The translations under genes were made by a program, and so were the position numbers. From an uncultured bacterium (GTDB lineage: Bacteria > Patescibacteriota > Minisyncoccia > Phycocordibacterales > Phycocordibacteraceae), in contig CAIJZI010000003.1 of NCBI GenBank assembly GCA_903825105.1, positions 1-35,007 of the forward strand: 35,007 nucleotides of DNA, written 5' to 3'. The notes under the pieces were generated by a model. It searched no databases, had not been told where the DNA came from, and saw only the letters and a program-made list of their open reading frames with translations. How positions within the stretch are numbered: position 1 is the stretch's first letter; each line of letters begins with the position of its first letter. This document shows positions 1 to 6,799 of this stretch, piece after piece.

Positions 1-202
1 ATGAAGCCGGAATCGCTAGTAATCCCGGGTCAGCCAAACCGGGGTGAATACGTTCTCGAGTCTTGTACTCACCGCCCGTCAAGTCAAGGGAGCTGGGGGT
101 GCCCGAAGGACTGCCTTGCGCAGTACTACGGCAAATTCAGTAACAAGGACTAAGTCGTAACAAGGCACGGGTAGCGGAAGCTGTTCGTGGAACATATCCA
201 AT
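1..202 (+). rRNA. rrs: 16S rRNA, 3'-terminal fragment (gene begins upstream of the window; exact 3' end uncertain)
   Basis: Universal motifs GGAATCGCTAGTAAT, GAATACGTT, TTGTACTCACCGCCCGTCA and AAGTCGTAACAAGG are present. Helix 45 is CACGGGTAGC-GGAA-GCTGTTCGTG (166-189). The tail is GAACATATCCAAT instead of GATCACCTCCTTA. Confidence 0.97.
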
Positions 203-210
203 TTGGAACC

Positions 211-344
211 GATGTTGCCCGAAAGGCGCATCAAGTCGATTATTTCCTTCGGGAAGTAGAGAAATGGTAGTTGTCTCTAAACACTACTCGGAAGTCGGAT
301 AACGTAACCCGATGGTCGTTTAAAGGCCACACGTGAGCCTTTAA
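211..344 (+). other. Structured spacer downstream of 16S (multi-hairpin RNA, family not recognised)
   Basis: Hairpins at 211-232 (GAAA-containing loop), 241-258 (C-UUCG-G tetraloop), 295-312 and 320-344 (perfect 8-bp stem TTAAAGGC/GCCTTTAA). Confidence 0.45.
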
Positions 345-418
345 GCGGGAGCAGAATAGGCGGAACAAAAGAGCATACAAAACTTGTTTTACTTTTTATT
401 TTCAAAATCAAAACTTTC

Positions 419-427
419 TGGTATTAT
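419..427 (+). promoter_or_regulatory. Putative extended -10 promoter (TGgTATTAT) for tRNA-Ile
   Basis: TG-n-TATTAT lies 10 nt upstream of the tRNA 5' end, in AT-rich context. Confidence 0.5.
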
Positions 428-437
428 CAGGGAGTTC

Positions 438-510
438 GCACGCTTAGCTCAGTTGGTAGAGCACTCGACTGATACTCGAGCGGTCCTAGGTTCGAATCCT
501 AGAGCGTGCA
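438..510 (+). tRNA. tRNA-Ile (GAT)
   Basis: Acceptor stem GCACGCT/AGCGTGC, D arm AGCTCAGTTGGTAGAGC, anticodon arm CTCGA-CTGATAC-TCGAG and T arm CTAGG-TTCGAAT-CCTAG. The 3' end reads ACCG, so CCA is not fully encoded. Confidence 0.97.
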
Positions 511-598
511 CCGAGGTAAAATGAAAAAACGCCAATCTGGCGTTTTTTCATTTTCGCCGAGGCGCACTAGATGTATGTAATCATAGAGCGTGCACCGA
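500..598 (+). repeat. 15-bp direct repeat of the tRNA 3' end (TAGAGCGTGCACCGA at 500-514 and 584-598)
   Basis: Exact duplication read directly from the sequence. It encloses 69 bp that contain a perfect hairpin. Confidence 0.8.
518..554. terminator. Perfect 17-bp inverted repeat, likely bidirectional intrinsic terminator
   Basis: AAAATGAAAAAACGCCA-atc-TGGCGTTTTTTCATTTT lies between the convergent tRNA and CDS, with A/T tracts on both sides. Confidence 0.7.
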
Positions 599-599
599 A

Positions 600-1268
600 T
601 TATTTAGTATCGCCGATCGCTCGCGCGATGGCTTCGATGTCTGGAAAATAAGTGTCGAAAGCTGTGTCTACAACACTGACATCTTCTGGGGCGTTTTGAA
701 TTCTTTTTGTGAAATAACGCGCGCCGATTAAATCGACGAGATGTTCTTTATACCAGTGGCGCACATTATATTTTTCTATAAATTCTTGAATGCCGATGTG
801 CACAATTTCGTGCGATATAACTCGCATTATTTGTTCCATTTGCCGATTCCGCCCGATATTTAAAGCAACCATTCCGGTTTTTGCATTATAACTTCCGCCA
901 CTTCCATATTGAGTGAGTTGAATGGTATATGGGTCAAAAAATTTAAAAGCAGGGATTTCTCTCAGTCGCTCTAATTTTTCAGCGAGCGCGGGCCACTGTT
1001 CTTGAATCTGATCAGCGAAATCTTTATAAAAATCTTCTTTAAATTCTGTAGCAACAATGGCTCGAACTTCTTCATCACTCGACTGCTCTGTTACCCCTTC
1101 GGGTAGACGCGAATTACGATCTCCGTATCCATTTTCACGAAACCAGGGCAATGTCTTAACTGCGTTTGTTGCATACCAGATTTCGCTCTTTTCACTAAAC
1201 ACACAGTGAATTCCAATACTATTTTTCTCTTTCTCTACATTATTTTCTGAGATACCTTCGTGACTCAT
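600..1268 (-). CDS. Hypothetical protein with HExxH motif (possible Zn-dependent peptidase fold)
   Basis: The 240-aa ORF contains ISHEIVHIG. Start moved to ATG 1268 (MSHEG..., 222 aa) because TATACT sits 7 nt upstream. Confidence 0.7.
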   Translation of the reverse strand: MSHEGISENNVEKEKNSIGIHCVFSEKSEIWYATNAVKTLPWFRENGYGDRNSRLPEGVTEQSSDEEVRAIVATEFKEDFYKDFADQIQEQWPALAEKLERLREIPAFKFFDPYTIQLTQYGSGGSYNAKTGMVALNIGRNRQMEQIMRVISHEIVHIGIQEFIEKYNVRHWYKEHLVDLIGARYFTKRIQNAPEDVSVVDTAFDTYFPDIEAIARAIGDTK

Positions 1269-1351
1269 GATGATAAGTATACACTTTCCAAAATTCGAGT
1301 GTGACGATACAAATATTCGCAATAAAAGTGAAGGTGCGTTAAATTATACAA

Positions 1352-2671
1352 ATGGATGTCTCAGCACATTTCCGCGGTAAAAAGATAACTGTGATGGGAC
1401 TTGGGTTGTTAGGTAGGGGGGTTGGCGATGCCCGTTATCTCGCTGAATGTGGCGCGGAGCTTATCGTTACCGATTTAAAAACGCGCGAGCAGTTGGCAGA
1501 ATCAGTGGCACAGATTGAAGCGTTCCCGAATGTGACATTTGTTCTTGGCGAGCATAGGCTAGAAGATTTTAGTGGGAGAGATTTAATTCTGAAGGCCGCC
1601 GGTGTTCCGCTCGATTCTACATATATCGCAGAGGCGAGAAAAAATAATATTCCAGTTCGTATGAGTGCTGATCTTCTGGTAGAAATTTCAGGAGTTCAGT
1701 GTATCGGGATTACCGGAACTCGAGGGAAGTCAACGGCCACTCATATGATTGGCACGATCTTACAGGAGGCAAAAAAGAAGGTGCTATTAGGCGGAAATAT
1801 TCGAGGAGTTTCGAACCTTCAATTATTTAATGAAGTTACTCCCGATCATATTGCCGTGCTTGAATTGGATTCGTGGCAATTGCAGGGATTTGGTGAAGCA
1901 AAAATGTCACCGCACATTTCCGTTTTTACTACTTTTTATAGCGATCATCTCAATTACTATCACGATGATTTAGATGCATATCTTGCTGACAAAGCGAACA
2001 TCTTTCTTTGCCAAAAATCAGATGACATTTTAATTCTTGGCGGGCAATGTGCACCGGCAATTATTGAAAAATACGGTAATAAAATTGAATCAAAAACAAT
2101 TGTCGCAGATGAATTAAACCTTCCAGACACTTGGGGGCTACAAATTCCAGGACTCCACAATCGTTATGACGCGGCGCTCGCGCTTGTGGCTGCTCGCGCA
2201 TATGGAATCCCAGACGAAATAAGTAAAATTGCGCTCATAAAATTTACAGGAGTTCCTGGGCGTCTTGAGCTTGTCGCAGAAAAAAAAGGCATAAAAATTT
2301 ATAACGATACAACGGCGACAACTCCAGAAGCAACAATTGCTGCCATTTCTGCATTAAATGATGGGTTTACGAAATCCATCATTTTAATTATGGGCGGTGC
2401 GGACAAGGGATTAGATATGGATGTACTTATTTCAAGACTTTCTGAACTTAAAAAAGTCATTTTACTTGAAGGCTCCGGAACGAGTCGTATAAAAAAAGAA
2501 CTTCCCAATGCAATTGTTTTTAATTCGCTTAAAGAAGCGGTCAGTGATGCATTCATGAATGCTGAAGTTGGTGACAGTGTTTTGTTTTCCCCAGCATTTG
2601 CTTCATTTGGAATGTTTAAAAATGAATTTGATCGCGGGGATCAATTTAATGCACTTGTGCAGAAATTATGA
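1352..2671 (+). CDS. murD: UDP-N-acetylmuramoyl-L-alanine:D-glutamate ligase
   Basis: N-terminal GLGLLGRGVG Rossmann motif, P-loop GITGTRGKST, ELDSWQL, DHLNYY, YNDTTAT and C-terminal SPAFASFGMFKNEFDRG. Confidence 0.95.
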   Translation: MDVSAHFRGKKITVMGLGLLGRGVGDARYLAECGAELIVTDLKTREQLAESVAQIEAFPNVTFVLGEHRLEDFSGRDLILKAAGVPLDSTYIAEARKNNIPVRMSADLLVEISGVQCIGITGTRGKSTATHMIGTILQEAKKKVLLGGNIRGVSNLQLFNEVTPDHIAVLELDSWQLQGFGEAKMSPHISVFTTFYSDHLNYYHDDLDAYLADKANIFLCQKSDDILILGGQCAPAIIEKYGNKIESKTIVADELNLPDTWGLQIPGLHNRYDAALALVAARAYGIPDEISKIALIKFTGVPGRLELVAEKKGIKIYNDTTATTPEATIAAISALNDGFTKSIILIMGGADKGLDMDVLISRLSELKKVILLEGSGTSRIKKELPNAIVFNSLKEAVSDAFMNAEVGDSVLFSPAFASFGMFKNEFDRGDQFNALVQKL

Positions 2672-3942
2672 AGAAGATTCATTTTGTTGGTATTGGTGGA
2701 ATTGGTATGAGCGCCTTGGCTCAGTATTTTAATGATCGCGAAATATTAATAACTGGTTCTGATAGAAGCGGAAGTCCGGTGACGGATCTTTTGGAGAAAA
2801 AAGGAATTAAAATAATTTTTGAGCAAAAAGCAGAAAATGTATCAGAAGATGTGGACGCGATTGTTTACAGTGATGCAGTTTCTGAAAATAATCCCGAGCG
2901 GGTGCGAGCGAAAGAACTCGGTGTCAGGCAATATTCTTATTTTGAAATGTTAGGCGAAGTATCAAAAAATATGGATACAATCGCTATTGCTGGCACCCAC
3001 GGGAAGACAACAACGACCGGCATGCTCACGAAGATTCTCTGCGATGCTGACATTAATCCTACTGCGATTATCGGCTCGTTGGTAAAAGATTTTGGCTCAA
3101 ATTATGTAGCAGGCTCGCCAAACCTCTTGGTTGTTGAAGCGTGTGAATATCGCGACCATTTGCTTGAACTTTCACCACGAGTGCTGGTAATTAATAATCT
3201 TGAATGGGATCACACAGACTGGTTCCCCTCGCTTCAAGCCGTTCAAGAAACATTCAAAAAAGCTATAGAGCGCGTACCGAAAGATGGCATAATTATTACA
3301 AATCCGAACGATGCAAATATTTTACCGATATTGTCGGCAGCAAAAGCGCGAATTGTTGATTATACAAAAGAGCCATCCTGTCAACTACTCTTGCCCGGGG
3401 AATTTAATCAAATGAATGCCCGCGCGGCCGCTGCCGCCGCGCGGGTTGTTGTTTCTTCTGTTTCCGATTCTCTAATTATAGAGTCCCTCCTCTCATTTCA
3501 AGGCACATGGCGTAGATTTGAATATAAAGGCAAAACAAAAAATGGAGCTGATGTGTATGACGATTATGCACATCATCCGACTGCCGTACGCGAAACACTA
3601 CGAGCTCTCCGCGCCCAAACGGCTGGGAAAATCTTTGTTGCATTCCACCCACATCTTTATAGTCGCACGCGTGATCTTTTTGATGATTTTGCAGAATCAT
3701 TTGGCGATGCGGTTAAAGTAATCATTGCCCCCATTTATGCTGCACGCGAAATAAACGATGGTCACATTTCAAATGAAATGCTTGCCGAGCGAATTTGTGC
3801 AAATGGCACTGAAGCAGTCGCACTAAATTCATTCGATGAAATTAAAAAAGTTTTAGATGAAGTAGGAAGTGACGATGTCATTATGACAATGGGTGCAGGC
3901 GATATTTATAAAGTCGCCGATGCGCTCGTGGCGCAAGATTAA
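2668..3942 (+). CDS. murC: UDP-N-acetylmuramate:L-alanine ligase
   Basis: HFVGIGGIGMSALA, AGTHGKTTTT, VVEACEY, WDHTD, DDYAHHPT, HPHLYSRT and MGAGD. ATGA overlap with murD. Confidence 0.95.
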   Translation: MKKIHFVGIGGIGMSALAQYFNDREILITGSDRSGSPVTDLLEKKGIKIIFEQKAENVSEDVDAIVYSDAVSENNPERVRAKELGVRQYSYFEMLGEVSKNMDTIAIAGTHGKTTTTGMLTKILCDADINPTAIIGSLVKDFGSNYVAGSPNLLVVEACEYRDHLLELSPRVLVINNLEWDHTDWFPSLQAVQETFKKAIERVPKDGIIITNPNDANILPILSAAKARIVDYTKEPSCQLLLPGEFNQMNARAAAAAARVVVSSVSDSLIIESLLSFQGTWRRFEYKGKTKNGADVYDDYAHHPTAVRETLRALRAQTAGKIFVAFHPHLYSRTRDLFDDFAESFGDAVKVIIAPIYAAREINDGHISNEMLAERICANGTEAVALNSFDEIKKVLDEVGSDDVIMTMGAGDIYKVADALVAQD

Positions 3943-3950
3943 TTTTAATA

Positions 3951-3978
3951 AAAAAAGCCGGCCCAAGGAGGGCCGGCT
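3951..3978 (-). terminator. Intrinsic terminator between convergent murC and the PgeF-like gene
   Basis: 9-bp stem AGCCGGCCC-aagga-GGGCCGGCT, followed on the minus strand by a T tract. Confidence 0.75.
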
Positions 3979-3997
3979 GTGAGTTTTGACAAGAGAG

Positions 3998-4807
3998 CTA
4001 GTTCGCTCCGACTTTTCCACGGTTAGCGATGACGAACAAATTCCGCGCCGTGGGATCTTTGCGTGTGTGTGTCAGCGACAGAAGTTCATCAAGTGGGTGT
4101 GAGGTTTGGGCACGGCTTATTCCGCACTCCTTAGCCTGGCCAAGGAGTATCCCCTCAAGAGAGATATATTTTCTTTTCCAGACTCCATTTGGCCAACGCT
4201 CGGAAATGAACTCCAAGAGATTCTTGTTAGAAGCCGTGTCATGCTCATAATCGTGCGGAGCTATAGCCCCGACCATGTGAATCGAGAGTTCTTTTGCAGG
4301 CACTCCATTTTTGTTGAATTCGCTCACGATCGAATACAGGATGCCCATATGTTCGCGAGTTGGATTACCAACGACAGCGCCCATATCAACAAGCGAGCGG
4401 AGACCTGCTTGACCGATAATGACCATCCCGCGGCCAGCAGCAATAATTGCTGGAGACCCAGCCCCACTCATTATGAGCGCGTGGCCCTTTGGAACAGGAA
4501 CTCCGTCAGCGCTGACGAGTTTATTGCGGTAGATGGTAATCTTCCCGCCGATTCCAAGAGCATTGACAAGCGCTTTCCCCTCGGTGACAAGACCGCTGAA
4601 TGCGACCACATTCGGTGCGAGGCATGTGTGCACACCCATTGTGTGAACTGCCTTTCTGATGTGCCGGCAAAGGGCGACATTTGATCGCACATCTTCCTGA
4701 GTCTGAAGCTTTGCGAGGGACCAATTTTTCCCGTGGTCGATATCGCCAGGGCCCCACGCCCCGATCCCGATCATTGTTCCACCAACACAGATTTGGAATC
4801 TTTCCAT
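3998..4807 (-). CDS. Divergent YfiH/PgeF (Cu-oxidase_4, laccase-like) homologue, catalytic residues substituted
   Basis: Segments align by eye to YfiH motifs: ADGVPVPKGHALIMSGAGSP (ADA...VMTADCLP), IIGQAGLRSL (AAAHAGWRGL), VGAIAPHDYE (GPAIGPRAFE), YISLEGILLGQ (YLADIYQLARQ) and HTRKDPTARN (SYRRDKTTGRM). Confidence 0.7.
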   Translation of the reverse strand: MERFQICVGGTMIGIGAWGPGDIDHGKNWSLAKLQTQEDVRSNVALCRHIRKAVHTMGVHTCLAPNVVAFSGLVTEGKALVNALGIGGKITIYRNKLVSADGVPVPKGHALIMSGAGSPAIIAAGRGMVIIGQAGLRSLVDMGAVVGNPTREHMGILYSIVSEFNKNGVPAKELSIHMVGAIAPHDYEHDTASNKNLLEFISERWPNGVWKRKYISLEGILLGQAKECGISRAQTSHPLDELLSLTHTRKDPTARNLFVIANRGKVGAN

Positions 4808-4918
4808 TTCTTTCTACTCCCCGTTCGGTTTATTTTGTTGTACTTCCGTAATCGATTATAGCGCACTAAAAAAGTAAGTCAATATGCGGTATTTACGCGA
4901 GTGCGGTATCATAGTGCT

Positions 4919-5401
4919 ATGGATAAACCCGTTGTCGTCATTCTAAAAAAGGAATCGTATCTCGCGATGATTGCTAATGCGGTTGGCACAAATCTTTTTC
5001 GTAATGTGTACGCCCGTGTTGATGGCGAGAAAAAAGATATTACCAAAGATGGTGTGCGGTCATGTGCGCTTTTTGTTTCTTCACTACTCAATCATTTTCA
5101 TTTGATTGATTCAAAAAGAGCACCACATACGACCATAGCGGGATTAGAAAAAAATATGAAAAATTCTGGTTGGAGTACAACAGAAGTTCCGCAGCCAGGA
5201 GACATAATAATTTGGGAGCCGAAGTTACAAGCTGATGCAGAAAATGCGCATGTTGGATTCTTTATAGGAGGAGACGAGGCGATCAGTAATGACTGGGAGA
5301 TGCGCGTGCCAATTAAACATCATATGACCTATGGCAAAAATGATGACGGTACTCCAGTCCGTGCGATTACAGCAATATACACCTATGATTTCTCTTCCTA
5401 A
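4919..5401 (+). CDS. NlpC/P60-CHAP-like cysteine hydrolase (hypothetical)
   Basis: SCALFVS (Cys), PQPGDIIIW and HVGFFIG (His) have papain-like amidase spacing. Start at ATG 4919 is preferred over GTG 4901 (TATCAT 6 nt upstream). Confidence 0.6.
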   Translation: MDKPVVVILKKESYLAMIANAVGTNLFRNVYARVDGEKKDITKDGVRSCALFVSSLLNHFHLIDSKRAPHTTIAGLEKNMKNSGWSTTEVPQPGDIIIWEPKLQADAENAHVGFFIGGDEAISNDWEMRVPIKHHMTYGKNDDGTPVRAITAIYTYDFSS

Positions 5402-5936
5402 CACTACTGAAATAACATATAACGACACGCTTCTCGATGTCCCGTATGCCTCACAATATCTTGATGTGATGAGTAATGAGCATAAGTTTCGTGCTTGCGG
5501 GATGACGAGCGTGTATATGGTTCTTAAATATTTTGGTGCCGCCGACCAATCACTCGATGAGTTAATCACTCGTGGCGAACGCGAGGGCGGATATGGCCCA
5601 TCAGGATGGATTCATGATTATCTCGTTAAAATGTTTCGCGATCACGGTTTCGCTTGTGAGCGACGCGAGAATGTGCGAGAGCGAGAAGTCACCAATTTTC
5701 GTGATGCGATTAAGGCCGGGAATCCCGTTATTGTGTCGGTCGAACGCGTGCTTTTCGATCGACGCGACTTTCATATTATTGTGCTCACGGGCGTGCGTGA
5801 AAATACAATGCGGGAATTGCAAGGATTTTTTTATCACGATCCCGGAGACACGAGAGAAATGAAGCATCGCTATGTACCTATTTCAACATTTTATTTAAGT
5901 TGGCGTAGAATGGCGATATTGCCAAAAAAAGTATGA
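5385..5936 (+). CDS. Peptidase C39-like family protein
   Basis: VPYASQ...ACGMTSVYMVLKYFG, GNPVIVSV, HIIVLTG and YHDP. Start at ATG 5385 overlaps the upstream stop region. Confidence 0.8.
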   Translation: MISLPNTTEITYNDTLLDVPYASQYLDVMSNEHKFRACGMTSVYMVLKYFGAADQSLDELITRGEREGGYGPSGWIHDYLVKMFRDHGFACERRENVREREVTNFRDAIKAGNPVIVSVERVLFDRRDFHIIVLTGVRENTMRELQGFFYHDPGDTREMKHRYVPISTFYLSWRRMAILPKKV

Positions 5937-6613
5937 GCACCCTCTCTATCGTTGCGACGCCGATCGGGAATTTGGAGGATATAACTTTGCGTGCGTTGCG
6001 CACGCTAAAAGAATGTGATGTGATTTATGCAGAAGATACGCGAGTGATTTCAAAATTGCTCGCCAAATATGAGGTAAAGAAGTCAGTTCAACGGCTCGAC
6101 GCGGCGACTGAAATCAAAAAAGCAGATGAGATAATCGCGCGGCTTGAAGCGGGCGAACATGTCGCTTTCGTCTCGGACGCCGGCACGCCAGGCATCTCTG
6201 ACCCTGGCGCGCGCCTTGTTTCTTATGCCCGAGATCAAATATCAAGGCGAGACCTTGATATTAAGATAGAAGCGATACCGGGGGCGTCTGCGCTCACTAC
6301 CGCGCTCTCTATTTCAGGAATGGAAGAAGTATTTACTTTCCTCGGATTTCTCCCCCATAAAAAGGGTAGGCAAACTGCGCTTAAAAAAATGTCAGAGAGT
6401 GAATACGCTACTGTGCTTTATGAATCCCCGCATCGGATAATTAAACTGCTCCAAGAACTCGAGGCTTTAAATGCGTCAAAAATAATTATCGCACGCGAAC
6501 TCACCAAGATTCACGAAGAAGTTATTTCTGGGACTCCGACAGAAATCCTCGAACATTTTTCAAATCATGAAGACACGATTAGAGGCGAGTTTGTCGTCAT
6601 CGTTTCGTTCTGA
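5933..6613 (+). CDS. rsmI: 16S rRNA (cytidine1402-2'-O)-methyltransferase
   Basis: IVATPIGNLEDITLRAL, AEDTR, SDAGTPGISDPG, IPGASA, FLGFLP, YESPHR, RELTKIHEE and RGEFV. Confidence 0.95.
   Translation: MSTLSIVATPIGNLEDITLRALRTLKECDVIYAEDTRVISKLLAKYEVKKSVQRLDAATEIKKADEIIARLEAGEHVAFVSDAGTPGISDPGARLVSYARDQISRRDLDIKIEAIPGASALTTALSISGMEEVFTFLGFLPHKKGRQTALKKMSESEYATVLYESPHRIIKLLQELEALNASKIIIARELTKIHEEVISGTPTEILEHFSNHEDTIRGEFVVIVSF
6238..6262. repeat. REP-like palindrome inside rsmI
   Basis: AATATCAAGG-cgaga-CCTTGATATT is a perfect 10-bp inverted repeat that encodes part of QISRRDLDI. Confidence 0.55.
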
Positions 6614-6625
6614 TAGACTAGCGGT

Positions 6626-6778
6626 ATGTCTCGACCATCAACACTCATTCTTCTCGGATTCTTAACTATCATCACACCGTTTTCTGGATTGCCAGTATCT
6701 TTCAGATCTCTTTTAGCAGTAATCTTTGGTGTGTGGATATTGGTTATAGGGTTGTCGATGCGTGCAAATAGGGAATAA
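6626..6778 (+). CDS. Small two-helix membrane protein (50 aa), absent from the ORF track
   Basis: Translates to MSRPSTLILLGFLTIITPFSGLPVSFRSLLAVIFGVWILVIGLSMRANRE. It fills the rsmI-ATPase gap, and TGaTAGACT lies 6 nt before the ATG. Confidence 0.75.
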   Translation: MSRPSTLILLGFLTIITPFSGLPVSFRSLLAVIFGVWILVIGLSMRANRE

Positions 6779-6799
6779 AGTTTTGCTATAATAAAACCG

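Noticed and set aside
211-372. 5S rRNA, SRP RNA, RNase P RNA or tmRNA
   Set aside because: Their conserved sequence blocks are absent by eye. A covariance-model search would settle it.
190-437. Group I/II intron or split 16S 3' end
   Set aside because: There is no downstream ATCACCTCC exon, and no P7 or domain V core is recognisable.
3419-3444. GC-rich imperfect hairpin in murC
   Set aside because: It is explained by a poly-Ala/Arg codon run (ARAAAAAAR).
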